A DNA stretch of 64,000 nucleotides from assembly GCF_963921235.1 (NCBI RefSeq), contig NC_086097.1:245770001-245834000 (forward strand). Direction: 5' to 3'. Shown here piece after piece: positions 27,110 through 41,859 of the stretch. Positions within the stretch are counted from its first letter, which is position 1; each line of letters begins with the position of its first letter. Source of the stretch: Mobula hypostoma. Lineage: Eukaryota. Below the pieces are notes generated by a model. The model saw nothing but the letters and a program-made list of their open reading frames with translations, ran no database searches and was not told the DNA's origin. The position numbers were made by a program, and so were the translations under genes.

Positions 27110-27945
27110 CTTTCTCGAGCATCTTCACTCCATCCGGAATTTCCCAGTGGCCAGCCGTTTTAATTCCCACTCCCATATGCTTGTCCATGGCTTCCTCTGC
27201 TGACATGATGGGACCACACTCGGGCTGGAGGAACAAAACCTCGTGTTCCTTCTGGGTAGTCTCCAACCTGATGAGCATCACTTTCTCTAACTTCTGGTAA
27301 ATTCTCCCCCTTCCCCTTCTCTCATTGTCCACTCCTTACTCTGGTTCCCCTCTTACCTTTTCTCACCTGACTATCACCTCTCTCTGGCCCTATCCTGTCA
27401 GATTCCCCCTTCTCCAGCCTTTTATCTTTTTGACCAACTGACTTCCCAGCTCTGTACTTTGCCTCTCCCCCTCTCCTAGTTTCACCCATCACCTACCACC
27501 TCGTACTTCTTCCTCTCCTCGCCCCCAACTTCTTACTCTGATTTCTCATCTCTTTTCTCCAGTCCTGGATTTGCGTTGGTGATTCAACCACCCTCCGGTG
27601 CCTCTCTTCGTTCCCTTTCTCCCATGGTCCACTCTCTCCTTTCAGATTTTTTCTTCTTCATCTCAGCCCTTTACCTTTTTCCTCCTATTACACCCCAGCT
27701 TCTTTATTCCCCACTTCCCTACCCACCTATCTTCCTCCTCACTTGGTCTCACCTGTCATCTGCCAGCTTGTGCTCCTTCCCTCCCCCACACCTTCTTATT
27801 CTGGCTTCTTCTCCCATCATTTTCAGTCCTGATGAAGGGTGTTGACACAAAGCGTGGACTCTTTATTCTTCTCTGTAGATGCTGCTGAGTTCCTCCAGTA
27901 TTTTGTGTTGCTCTGGATTACCAACATCTGCAGATTCCCTCTTGT
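27110..27945 (+). mobile_element. Penelope 3' end with tandem pLTR remnants
   Basis: GIY-YIG C-terminal remnant followed by two pyrimidine-rich units. The first ends cagtcctg at about 27560; the second ends cagtcCTGATGA at about 27824. Confidence 0.7.
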
Positions 27946-27964
27946 ATATGCTATGAAGCAGGTG

Positions 27965-30236
27965 ACATGTTGGAGAGTACTTCAGGTCCAGTGATCACAA
28001 TGCCATTAGTTTCAATATAATTATGGAGAAGGATAGGACTGGACCCAGGGTTGAGATTTTTGATTGGAGAAAGGCTAACTTTGAGGAGATGCAAAAGGAA
28101 TTAGAAGGAGTGGATTGGGACATTTTGTTTTATGAGAAGGGTGTAATAGAGAAATGGAGGTCATTTAAAGGTGAAATTTTGAGGGTACAGAATCTTTATG
28201 TTCCTGTTAGGTTGAAAGGAAAGGTTAAAAGTTTGAGAGAGCCATGGTTTTCGAGGGATATTAGAAACTTGGTTCAGAAAAAGACAGAGATCTACAATAA
28301 ATATAGGCGGCTTGGAGTAAATGAGGTGCTCGAGGAATATAAGGAATGTAAAAAGAATCTTAAGAAAGAAATTAGAAAAACTAGAAGATATGAGGTTGCT
28401 TTGGCAAGTAAGGTAAAAATAAATCCAAAGGGTTTCTACAGTTATATTGATAGCAGAAGGATAGTGAGGGATAAAATCGGTCCCTTAGAGAATCAGAGCG
28501 GATGGCTATGTGCGGAGCCAAAAGAGATGGGGGAGATTTTGAACAATTTCTTTTCTTCGGTATTTACCAAGGAGAAGGATATCGAATTGTGTAAGGTAAA
28601 GGAAACAAGTAGGGTAGTTCTCGAAACTATGATGATTAAAGAAGAGGAAGTACTGTCGCTTTTAAGGAATATAAAAGTGGATTAGTCTCCGGGTCCTGAC
28701 AGGATATTCCCTAGGACCTTGAGGGAAGTTAGTGTGGAAATAGCAGGGGCTTTGACAGAAATATTTCAAATGTCATCAGAAACGAGGATGATGCCGGAGG
28801 ACTGGCGTATCACTCATGTGGTTCCATTGTTTAAAAAGGGTTCTAAGAGTAAACTTAGCAAATATCGGCCTGTGAGTTTGACGTCAGTGGTGGGTAAATT
28901 GATGGAAAGTATTCTTAGAGATGGTATATATAATTATCTGGATAGACAGGATCTGATTAGGAACAGTCAACATGGATTTGTGTGTGGAAGGTCATGTTTG
29001 ACAAATCTTATTGAATTTTTTGAAGAGGTTACTAGGAAAGTTGACGAGGGTAAAGCGGTGGATGTTGTCTGTATGGACTTCAGTAAGGCCTTTGACAGGG
29101 TTCCACACAGAAGGTTAGTTAGGAAGGTTCAATCCTTAGATATTAATATTGAAGTAGTAAAATGGATTCAGCAGTGGCTGGATGGGAGACGCCAGAGAGT
29201 AGTGGTGGATAACTGTTTGTCAGATTGGAGGCTGGTGACTGGTGGAGTGCCTCAGGGATCTGTACTGGGTCCAGTGTTGTTTGTCATATATATTAATGAT
29301 CTGGATGATGGGGTGGTAAATTGGATTAGTAAGTATGCAGATGATACTAAGATAGGTGGAGTTGTGGATAATGAAGTAGGTTTTCAAAGCTTGCAGGGAG
29401 ATTTCGGCCAGTTAGAAGAGTGGGCTGAAAGATGATAGATGGAGTTTAATGCTGATAAATGTGAGGTGCTACATTTTGGTAGGACTAATCAAAATAGGAC
29501 ATACATGGTAAATGGTAGGGTATTGAAGAATGCAGTAGAACAGAGGGATCTAGGAATAATGGTGCATAGTTCCCTGAAGGTGGAATCTCATGTGGATAGG
29601 GTGGTGAAGAAAGCTTTTGGTATGCTAGCCTTTGTAAATCAGAGCATTGAGTATAGGAGTTGGGATGTAATGTTGAAATTGTACAAGGCATTGGTGAGGC
29701 CAAATTTGGAGTATTGTGTACAGTTCTAGTCACCGAATTATAGGAAAGATGTCAACAAAATAGAGAGAGTACAGAGAAGATTTACTAGAATGTTACCTGG
29801 GTTTCATCTCCTTAGTTACAGAGAAAGGTTGAGCAAGTTGGGTCTTTATTCTTTGGAGCGTAGAAGGTTGAGGGGGATTTTAAATTATGAGGGGGTAGAT
29901 AGAGTTGACGTGGATAGGCTTTTTCCATTGAGAGTGGGGGAGATTCAAACAAGAGGACATGAGTTGAGAGTTAAAGGGCAAAAGTTTAGGGGTAACATGA
30001 GGGGGGACTTCTTTACTCAGAGAGTGGTAGCTGTGTGGAACGAGCTTCCAGCAGAAGTGGTTGAGGCAGGTTTGATGTTGTCATTTAAAGTTAAATTGGA
30101 TAGATATATGGACAGGGAAGGAATGGAGGGTTATGGGCTGAGTGCAGGTCGGTGGGACTAGGTGAGAGTAAGAGTTCAGCATGGACTAGAAGGGCCGAGA
30201 TGGCCTGTTTGTGTGCTGTAATTGTTATATGTTTAT
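27965..30236 (+). mobile_element. CR1 LINE, 5'-truncated, relatively well preserved ORF2
   Basis: Collinear ORFs 28023-28685, 28719-29435, 29439-29729 and 29790-30161 separated by single stops. Motifs YRPVSLTS, PQGSVLGP and YADDTK. Confidence 0.95.
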
Positions 30237-31089
30237 AGGGTAAGAGAGTGAAAATTCCTCGTGGAGTGCAGAGTACCAAAGTAAACTGGTAGCATCTAGC
30301 AAACACGTGCTGAGACACACGGACAGATATTCAGCTTTGCTTTTGTTGAGGTGTTGTAAGATAATTATCTGTGATGTATTGAAATCGATGCATAGAATCA
30401 TAGGAAAGCACAGCACAGAATCAGGCTCTTTGGTTCATCTAGTCCATGCCGAATGATTTAACCTGCCTACTCCCATCGGGACCATAGCCCTCCATATCCC
30501 TACCGTCAATGTACCTATCCAAACTTCAAGCTCGCATGCACCACTTGCGCAGGCAACTTGTTCCACACTCTCATGATCCTCTGAGTGAAGAAGTTTCCCC
30601 TCATGCTCAACTTAAACTTTTCACCTTTCACCCTTAACCCATGCCCTCTAGTTGTAGTCTCACCCAACTTCAGTGGAAAAAGCCTGCTTGCATTTACCCT
30701 ATCTATACCCTTCATAATTTGGTATACCTCTGTCAAATCTTCTTTCAATCTCCTATGTTCCAAGCAACTCTTCCCCCTTTCCAGGTTTTACCTATCACTT
30801 ACCGCCTTGTACTTCTTCCTCCCCCCACCCACCTTTTTGCTCTGACCGCAATTTTTTTTCCAGTCCTGATGAAGGGTCTTGGCTCAAAACATGGACTGTT
30901 TACTCTTTTCCATAGATGCTGCCTGGCCTGATGGGTTCCTCCAGCATTTTGTGTGTGTTGCTTGGATTTCCAGCATCTGCAGATTTTCTCATCAAAGTCC
31001 TAATCTTATTTTCATCTTTCCTATAGTTCCTGTAGGTATAAGTTAATGCAGTTGATTTTAATTCTACTTTCCATTCCCATTCTGACGTA

Positions 31090-32145
31090 AGACCATATGA
31101 CCATAAGACATAGGAGCAGAATTAGGCCATTTAGCCCATCAAGTCTGTTCTGCCATTCAATCATGGCTGATCCTTTTCTCCCCTCCTCAGCCCCACTTCC
31201 GGCCTTCTTCCCTTAATCTTTGATGCCATGTCCAATCAAGAACCAGTGACTCTCTGCCATAAATACACCTAACGACCTGGCCTGCACTGCGACCTGTGGT
31301 AATAAATTCCACCCTCTGGCTAAAGAAATTTCTCCCCATCTCTGTTTTAAATCGACGCCCCTCCATCCTGAGGCTGTGCCCTCTTGTCCTAGATTCCCTC
31401 ACCATGGGAAACATCCTTTCCACATCTACTCTGTCTAGGCCTTTCAACATTCAAAAAGTTTCAGTGAGGTCCCCCTCATCTTTCTAAATTCCAGCGAGTA
31501 CAGACGCAGAGCTATCAAATGTTCCTTGTATGATAACCCTTTCATTCCCAGAATAATCCTTGTGAGCCTCCTCTGAACCCTCTCCAATGCCAGCACATCT
31601 TTTCTTAGATGAGGAGCCCAAAACTGTTCACAATACTCAAGATGAGGCCTCACCAGTGTCTTATAAAGCCTCAGCATCACATCCCTGCTCTTGTATTCTA
31701 GATCTCTTGAAATGAATGCTAACATTGCATTTGCCTTCCTCACCACCAACTCTACCTGCAATTAACCTTTAGGGTCGTCTGCACAAGGACTCCCAAGTAT
31801 CTTTGCATCTCAGATTTTTGGATTTTCTCCCCATATAGAAAATAGTCTGCACATTTATTTCTACTACCAAAGTGCATGACCGTGCTTTTTCCAATATTAT
31901 ATTTCATTTGCCACTTTCTTTCCCATTCTTCTAATCTATCTAAGTCCTTCTGCATCCTACCTCAACACTACCCGTCCCTCCACAAATCTTGGTATCATCT
32001 GCGAACCTGGCAACAAAGCCATCTATTCTATCATCTAAATCATTTATATATAACATAAAAAGAGGTGGTCCCAACTCTGACCCCGTGGAACATCTCTAGT
32101 CACTGGCAGCCAACCAGAAAAGGATCCTTTTATTCCCACTCTCTG
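31090..32145 (-). mobile_element. CR1 3' fragment
   Basis: LVRPHLEYCEQFWAP and KDLDRLEEW, with a (tcttatgg)n tail. Confidence 0.9.
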
Positions 32146-32619
32146 CTTCATACCAATGTCAGTCCATGGCCTCCTCTACTGCCACGGCCAGACCACTCTC
32201 CAGTTGGAGAAACACCTCATACATCCTCCAGAATAATGCGGGGGGAGGGAAAACTGGCAGATGACAGGTGAGAAGGTGAGTAGATGGTTGGGTGAAGGGC
32301 GGGGGACAGAAAGAACGAGACGGGGGGGGAAGGGGGAGAAATTACTGGAAGTTAGAGAAATTGATGTTCATAGTGTCAGGTTAGAAGCTACCCAGAATCT
32401 CCCAGACTGGCACTGTATTATCTGCCAAACTGAGGTTTCCAACCCTTTTTATGGCACGGACCAATTCCATTAAGCAGGGCATCAGTGGACCCCAGGTTGG
32501 GAGATTCTTGCTAAAAGCTCCTGAGTGAAGGTTGACAACCCAACTTTCTAACCCACCTATGAGTTCTGTAGGTGAAATTAAACTGTTTAGAGAATATATC
32601 TCCAATCCACATGCCCCCG

Positions 32620-33115
32620 TGTGAGCCACATGCACAAGTCTGCCATGTGCAGTGAGACTGTGAAGCAGATGTTAGGGCAAAATTGCAGTGAGTGGGATGA
32701 GTTGCAGTGTAATGTGGGGACGAAATCAAAACGGGTGAATACAGGACTGAAGGAGTTATATTTGAATGCGCGCAGTATACGGAATAAGGTAGATGATCTT
32801 GTAGCATAGTTAGAGATTGGCAGCTATGACATCGTGGGCATCACTGCGACGTGTCTGAAAGAAGATCATTGTTGGGACCCTAACATCCACATTGTATATA
32901 AAGGACAGGCAGGTAGGCAGATGGGGTGGCATGGCTCTGTTGGTAAAAAATTAAATCAGATCCTTAGAAAAAGGGCTGAAAGATGTAGAATCCTTGTGGG
33001 AAACTGCATGGGTAAAAAGACCCTGATGGGAGTTATTGTATATCCAAGCCTCCAAACGGTAGCCAGGACGTGGGTTACAAATTACAATGGGAGGTAGAAA
33101 GTGCATGTAAATCAA
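32620..33115 (+). mobile_element. CR1 ORF2 N-terminal APE fragment
   Basis: LYLNARSIRNKVDDL..YDIVGIT. Confidence 0.7.
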
Positions 33116-33376
33116 TTACAGTAACATTATTGCCTTCGGTCCTTCAGAAACATGGCTAGGCAAATATCAGTGAGTTTTGGAATTCAGGTGATTGACCTTG
33201 GATGCTGCCTGGATTAGAGAGCATGTCGTATGAGGAAAGTTTGAGCAATATAGGGATTTTCTCTTTGGAGCAAAGGTGGATGAGAGGTGACTTGATAAGG
33301 GTGTACAAGATGATAAGAGGCATAGGCCAAGCTGACAGCCAGGGACTTTTTTCCCAGGATGGAAATGACTTATACT

Positions 33377-33900
33377 GGAAGCAGGAAACATTCCTGTTTT
33401 CGCTCAACGTATGATAGCCTTTTTGACTTTATTGGCTAACAGAGCCATTTTATTGAAGTGGAAGGGCTCTAATCCACCTACGGTCTTTTATTGGCTCTCC
33501 TCCATTATGTCCTGTTTAAGTTTAGAGAAAATAAGAAGTTGGACATTTGATACATCCTTTAAATTTGAGCAAATCTGGCAACCTTTTATTCAATATTTTC
33601 ATTTAATTTGATTTATTACTCTTCCAATTTTTTTTCAAAGTTTTAGATTTGATCAGAAAGTCTTTCTTTTTTTTCTGGTCGTATCCTCAAAATGGACTGC
33701 CCAGTCCCTTTTTACTTTTTTTTTAATATAGTGTAGTAGGGTTTTTTTTTCTTCATTTAAAATTCAAAGTTTTTTCTTTCCTCTTCATGAATTGATAAGA
33801 GGAGAATTGCTGTATTTCTTTTTTTATTATATATTTTATACTAACTTAACAATATGTATAATTTGATAATGTCTATCTTAATCTCAATTTGTATTGTTAT

Positions 33901-33937
<37 letters not shown>

Positions 33938-34002
33938 AGATAATTCTCCTCTTGTTTGTATTTATGTTCCTTTTAAATCAATAAAAAGATTAATAAAGAA
34001 AA
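33377..34002 (+). mobile_element. L1/Tx1-type LINE 3' fragment nested in CR1
   Basis: AFLTLLANRAILLKWK..PPT..W..LEKI..F..IWQPF, T-rich 3'UTR, aataaa and A-rich tail. Imperfect TSD ggaaatg(a/g)ct(t/a)ata at 33361 and 34003. Confidence 0.8.
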
Positions 34003-34351
34003 GGAAATGGCTAATATCGGGGTACAGTAATTCTCAGGTGATTGGAGGAAAGTATAGCGGGGACGTCAGAGGTAAATTCTTTACGTAGAGATTAGTGGGT
34101 GCATGGAATATGCTGCCAGGAGTGGTGGTAGAGTCAGATACATTAGGGGCATTTAAGAATCTCTTAGATAGCCACATGGATGACAGAAAAATGGAGGGCT
34201 ATGTAGGAGGGAAGGGTTAGATTGGTCTTAGGGTAGGTTAAAAGATCAGTAGAACACCATGGGCTAAAGGGCCTGTACTCTGCTGTAGTGTACTTTGTCA
34301 TCTCCATCAATTGTACATACCTGTCTAATGTTGCACCCACTCTAAAGGTGA

Positions 34352-35141
<790 letters not shown>

Positions 35142-37204
35142 TACTTCTCAACCCAGAACTCTGTAAAATAGTGCGATTATTATTTATTGCTGGTTACTAA
35201 ATGGCTAAAAACTTGACCAAGTTTGTTATTTAAGTTCAAGGTTATTGTCGTTCACCCATACACATGTACTGTATACAGCTAAACAAAGCATCATTCCTCT
35301 GGGGCCACAATACAAAACACACTACATATAGTCTCACACAGCACATAGGGTTATGATCCAGCATGTACAGTCACACAATAATATTAATATTAGCACATGC
35401 TAAAAAGGATGCTTGTGTTTTGGATTGTGTAAATGAAAATAATCTGCTCAATAAGGCTATTTTCATCTAAATTTTTTAAAAGTGTTCTAGAGATTTATAA
35501 GTGTCTCTAACCATAACTATTCTGCCATCATATTTGAACTACCAAAATGAACCACCTCACACTTATCTGGGTTGAACTCCAATTGCCACAGTCATCAGCA
35601 AATTTACTAATCCATTCCTCCACTTCCTTATCTGGGTCATTTATAAAAAGCACGAAGAGTAGGGGTCCCAGAACAGATCCCTGAGTGCTCTAGTTCTAAT
35701 TCCAATGAGGTGGAATTTTTTTAGCCAGAGGGTGGTGAATCTGAGGAATTCATTGCCACAGACAGCTGTGGAGGACAAGTGCTTGGGTATATTTCAAGCT
35801 GACACTGATAGTTTCTTGATTAGTCAGCACATCAAAGGTTACAGGGAGAAGGCATGAGAATAAGGTTGAGAGGGATAATAAATCAGCCATGATGGAATGG
35901 AGAAGCAGACCCGAAGGACTGAATGGCCTAATTCTGCTCCAATCTTTATACATGGGAACTAAACGGCTAAAAACGTGATGACTACAAACATCTGAGCCAA
36001 AAGAAAGCCTCTGTCGGATGCTCAGTAAAAAAGAATCTTGTGTTTTGGATTGTAGAAATGAAACTATCAATCTTTCCAATCAGGGAACAAAAATTCTGTC
36101 ATTTCTAAAACTGTGCCAAAGCTTTTGAAGTGACTCTAACCATTGAAAGAAAAAATGCTCTAGTTTTTGATGATGCATTGCATTCTAAGTCCATTCTAAT
36201 GTTTAAAGCCAGGGTATTACTTGTCCTAACTACTATGCATTGGCATCCTGTATCTTTTAGAATTGATTTTTAAAGTTCTCTTACTTGTTTATAAAACTCT
36301 CCATAGTCTGGGACCAGAGAATACCACAGAATCGTTTTTGTTTTATAACCCTGCTTGAGCTCGCAGGTATTCTTCATCGGTCTCTTAAATTTAAACAATC
36401 TCCCTCAAAAGGTAATTGGCAGGTCAGTTTTTTTGAACTCTGCTCCTGAGCTGGAATACCTAACCCAATACCTAAAACTATAAGGGATGATGACTCAGTT
36501 GACACTTTTAAACAGCAGCTCAAGATCTATTTATTTAACCTTGCTTTTAACTAGCATCTTGCTTTTGTCATGTTTGTACTATATTCCATTGACAACGACT
36601 TTGAACTAGGGTGTTTGTATGAACAGTGTTCTGCAAGACAGTACTGTGCAAAACTCTAAGGCATATATACATAGCCATGGAGTCTAAGACTCTCGCACAA
36701 TACTGTAGTAATTTTATGTGTTGCACTGTACCTCTGCAAAAAAAAAATCATGACATATGTGAGTGATGATGAACCTGATTCTGATATGGGTCTCTATTGT
36801 GGACTGAGAGTGGGAAGGGGACAGGGAGAGGGGAATCCTGGTTGGGGAAAGGGGAAGGGAGAGGGGAGGGAGTGGGAAGCACCAGAGAGACATTCTGTAA
36901 TGATCAATAAACCAATTGTTTGGGATGGAATGACCTTGCCTGGTGTTTCAGGGCTGGGTGTGTCTGCACCTGTGTCAACAGCAACCCCCCCCCCCGCCCC
37001 ATTGTTCTCTGCAATCTGCCCCACACCCCTCCCATAGTGTTTCAGCCTCACCATTCCCAACATCCTTTGCTCCCACATGATATACAAACTTGCTTCTCCC
37101 TCCATGTTGACACATACTGTACGGTGCAAACGTCTTAGGCACCCTAGCTATACATACGTGTCTTCGAGAGTTTTGCACAGTACTGTATGATATCGTTGGT
37201 GTTA

Positions 37205-38080
37205 TTTTTTTTTCCTTTTCAAATCTTTTTATTATTATTATCCAAAATTAACAAGACGAAGTAAGCAACACTTACAATGTCTCAAGAAAAAAAACATTAT
37301 TTTAAAGATTGAAAAAATTTTGGTGATTAAAAAAAAAGAGAAAAAAAACCCTACTAAGCAAGAAAAAGTGAGGAAAAAAAACCCATTAGGTGTTCAATCC
37401 CGGAGCCATGCGTCATACAAAAAGCTTCTAAAGATAAACATCAAACTGCCAGCAAGAAAAAAAATGTGCCAAAAATTTACAATTAGATCATGGAGGAAAT
37501 CTATCAAATGATAATAACGAGCAAATGAACCCTATCTTTTCTCAAAATCAAACTTAGGTTCAAAGGTTCAGCTTCTAATTTTCTCCAAACTAAGACATAG
37601 CATCACTTGAGAGAACCATTGTGACAAAGTGGGAGCTGATGTATCCTTCCACTTCAACAAAATGGCCCTCCTAGCTATCAATGTAACAAATACAATAACA
37701 TGTTGGTCAGACAAAGAGATACCATGGATATTTTGAGGAATTATTCCAAAAAGCACAATTAATTTGTTAGGTTGTAAATTAATTTTAAGCACTTTAGAAA
37801 TTGTCGAAAAAACTGACTTCCAGAACTGTTCCACTATAGAACAAGACCAAAAAACATGTGTGTCAGTGTAGCTGTCTCAGTTTTACGTCTATCACAATGA
37901 CTACCAACATTAGGAAACATTTTAGACAATCTCTCCTTTGTCAATTAGTAACGATGTACAATTTAAAATTGAATCAGTGAATGACTAGCACAGATCGAAG
38001 AAGGGTTAACCAGCTTCAGAATCCGCATCCAATCCTCCGTCATAAAAGTCAAATTAAGTTCCTTTTCCCAATCTTGTTTA
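37205..38080 (-). mobile_element. L1-type LINE 3' fragment
   Basis: Minus-strand EQFWKSVFS..LFG..TLIARRAILLKWK..LEKI. The poly-T at about 37205 is the A tail. Confidence 0.8.
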
Positions 38081-38081
38081 A

Positions 38082-40245
38082 TCAAGGGGAATCCTGGCTA
38101 TTGTCCCTTATAAACAAGGGGAATCCCAGCACATTGTCCCTTATAAACAAGGGGAATCCTGGCATAGTGTCCCTCATAAACAAGGGGAATCCCAGCACAT
38201 TGTCCCTTATAAACAAGGGGAATCCCAGCACAGTGTCCCTTATAACCACAGGGAATCCCGGCTATTGGCCCTTATAAACAAGGGGAATCCCGGCTATTGT
38301 CCCTTATAAACATAGGGAATCCCAGCTGTTGTCCCTTATAAACAAGGGGAATCCCAGCACAGTGTCCCTTATAAACACAGGGAATCCCGGCACATTGTCG
38401 CTTATAAACAAGGGGAATCCCGGCACACTGTCCCTTATAAACAAGGAGAATCCTGGCTATTGTCCCTTATAAATACAGGGAATCCCGGCACAGTGTCCCT
38501 TATAAACAAAGGGGAAATTGTCAAGGATGAGGTTATGGAGTACCTGGAGGCATATGACGAGATAGGCAGAACTCAGCATGGTTTCCTTAAAGGAAAATCC
38601 TGCCTGACAAACCTATTACAATTTTTTGAGGAAATTACCAGTAGGCTAGACAAGGGAGATGCAGTGGATGTTGTATATTTGGATTTTCAGAAGGCCTTTG
38701 ACAAGGTGCCACACATGAGGCTACTTAACAAGATAAGAGCCCATGGAATTACAGGAAAGTTACATACGTGGATAGAGCGTTGGCTGATTGGCAGGAAACA
38801 GAGACTGGGAATAAAGGGATCCTATTCTGGTTGGCTGCCGGTTACCAGTGGTGTTCCACAGGGATCAGTGTTGGGGCCGCTTCTTTTTACATTGTACATC
38901 AACGATTTGGATTATGGAATAGATGGCTTTGTGGTTAAGTTTGCTGACGATACGAAGATAGGTGGAGGGGCCGGTAGTGCTGAGGAAACAGAGAGTCTGC
39001 AGAGAGACTTGGATAGATTGGAAGAATGGGCAAAGAAGTGGCAAATTAAATACAATGTTGGAAAGTGTATGGTTATGCACTTTGGCAGAAGAAATAAACG
39101 GGCAGACTATTATTTAAATGGGGAAAGAATTCAAAGTTCTGAGATGCAACGGGACTTGGGAGTCCTCATACAGGATACCCTTAAAGTTAACCTCCAGGTT
39201 GAGTCGGTGGTGAAGAAGGCGAATGCAATGTTGGCATTCATTTCCAGAGGAATAGAGTATAGGAGCAGGGATGTGATGTTGAGGCTCTGTAAGGCGCTGG
39301 TGAGACCTCACTTGGAGTACTGTGGGCAGTTTTGGTCTCCTTATTTAAGAAAGGATGTGCTGACGTTGGAGAGGGTACAGAGAAGATTCACTAGAATGAT
39401 TCCAGGAATGAGAGGTTTAACATATGAGGAATGTTTGTCTGCTCTTGGACTGTATTCCTTGGAGTTTAGAAGAATGAGGGGAGACCTCATAGAAACATTT
39501 CGAATGTTGAAAGGCATGGACAGAGTGGATGTGGCAAAGTTGTTTCCCATGATGGGGGAGACTAGTACGAGAGGGCATGATGTACGGATTGAAGGGTGCC
39601 CATTCAGAACAGAAATGCGAAGAGATTTTTTTAGCCAGAGGGTGGTGAATCTATGGAATTTGTTGCCACGGGCAGCAGTGGAGGCCAAGTCATTGGGTGT
39701 ATTTAAGGCAGAGATTGATAGGTATCTGAGTAGCCAGGGCATCAAAGGTAATGGTGAGAAGGTGGGGGAGTGGGACTAAATGGGAGAATGGATCAACTCA
39801 TGATAAAATGGTGGAGCAAACTCGATGGGCTGAGTGGCCGACTTCTGCTCCCTTGTCTTATGGTCTTATGGTATCCCGGCTATTGTCCCTTATAAACACA
39901 GGGAATCCCGGCTATTGGCCCTTATAAACAAGGGGAATCCCGGCACAGTGTCCCTTATAAACACAGGGAATCCCAGCACATTGTCCCTTATAAACAAGGG
40001 GAATCCCGGCTATTGTCCCTTATAAACACAGGAAATCCCGGCACAGTGTCCCTTATAAACAAGGGGAATCCCGGCTATTGCCCCTTATAAACAAGGGGAA
40101 CCCTGGCACAGTGTCCCTTATAAACAAAGGGAATCCCAGCACATTGCCACTTATAAACAAAGGGAATCCCAGCACAGTGTCCCTTATAAACACAGGGAAT
40201 CCTGGCTATTGTCCCTTATAAACAAGGGGAATCCCGGCTATTGTC
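38082..40245. repeat. Minisatellite (30-32 bp unit ccttataaacaaggggaatcccggc[ta|aca][t|g]tgtc), split by a CR1
   Basis: About 14 units at 38082-38516 and about 12 units at 39873-40245, directly visible. Confidence 0.95.
38517..39872 (+). mobile_element. CR1 LINE, 5'-truncated, uninterrupted RT frame
   Basis: Open frame to 39779 with QHGFLKGKSCLTNL, DFQKAFD, PQGSVLGP and FADDTK. Ends in a gtcttatggtcttatgg tail. Confidence 0.95.
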
Positions 40246-41859
40246 TCGATTAGTTTTTGTTTTTTTAAGAGTTCCCCAAATAAACGGCTGTCCCAATCAA
40301 CTGATTACCAGATTAACCGGACTCCGTTGTATATTCAAATCTGAGCAGGTCATCTCAGCAGTAGTATTTGTTTCGGTTTACATGAGACCATAAGATACAG
40401 GAGCAGAATTAGGCCATTTGGCCGATCACTTACGACACAGTGATTTACAGCATTCTGTTGCGTAGCAGTTAGCGTGACGTTATTACAGCTCGGAGTGTTC
40501 TGTATTCAGAGTTTTGTTCCGGTGCCGTTCTGTAATGAGTCTCTGTACATCCTCTCCATGGAATGCGTGGGTTTTGACTGGGTCCTCTGGTTCCCCCCCA
40601 CAGTTCAGAGATGTACCTGGTAGGTTAACGGGCTGTTGTAAATCGTCCCGTGATTAGGTTGGGGCTAGTTGGTTTTGTCGGGGGCTGCTCAAAGGGCTTA
40701 CTCCTCATTGTGCCTCTAAATAAGTAAACAAATAAATCTCTTGCTGTCCGATGTCTCCAGTAGGGAGGCTTTAGCCTGCAGTTAGCCATTCCATCTAGTT
40801 ACCCAGCTGTTGACAGAAGCTGGATACCAAAGAAACACGCAATCTTAACAATTTCACATTTTGGTTTAGTGACAGACGTAACACCATTTCACTGTTTTCT
40901 TTTGTTAATTTGCTCTTCTTTTCCGATCCTATCCTTCAGTCTGCCCTCTTTACTTTCAGTCTGCCCCCCCGAAGCTCCCTCAGCATTGCATCCTTGCTTT
41001 TACATTCTAGTCCTCTTGAAATGAATGCTAACATTGCATTTGATATCGTTCTCTGGAACGGGACTGTTGACTGCATTTCAAGGTCTTTTGTTAAAGGTTT
41101 TCAGCAGCCTTGACAACTCCTGCCCCGGGTGGCGCTCCTTCTAAACGGTCCTGTTGAAATGTCAGAGATGTTGAACTGCGGAGCAGAGGCGACATGTGTT
41201 TCATATTTAGTCAAATCACAGACTGCTGATGGAAGCACAAGAACTCTTCTCATGATTGCGTGCCAGAGCAGGCTCATTTACGTCGAGAAACTTGTGTTGC
41301 ATTTCCAGTGTTAAGCAGTGAGCTGAATGTTTCAAGGATTTAACTGAAGTCTTGTGAGTGTTTTAGCTTACGTTGAGAGCATCCATATGCCAGCTGGAGA
41401 GGTTTCTCTGAGGCTCAAATACTAATTCAGTAAAATAATGCTCAGTCTTTATGGGTACCACGATAGCGTAACACCATTAGAGTGCCAGTGACCTGGGTTC
41501 AATTCCCACCGCTGTCTGTAAGGAGTTGCTAAGTTCTCCCTGAGACTGCATAGGTTTCCTCCAGCTACTCTGGTTTCCTCCCACTTTTCAAAAATGTACA
41601 GGGTTAGTAGGTTAAATGGTCACATGGGTGTAATTGGATGGAGTGGGTTCGTTGGGCCGGAAGGATCTGTTACCGTGATGTATCTCCGAATAAATAAATA
41701 AACAAACTAAACTAATGCTGGACAACAAAGATTTTGCTTCCTCAGTATTTTTCAGTGTATCTTATGGATTTTGAGCTGTTGACCAAGAAAATTGCCGTGA
41801 AATTTCCCTATCATGCACCATTTTTTTGAAATTACCTATATTTGTCAATTCAATTCATA

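Noticed and set aside
38082..40245. ~31 bp repeat array adjacent to a reverse transcriptase ORF, superficially CRISPR-, retron- or DGR-like
   Set aside because: Units are head-to-tail with no unique spacers and there are no cas genes. The RT is a typical CR1 LINE with its own 3' tail, inserted mid-unit. The ORF start at 38460 is just read-through from the satellite.
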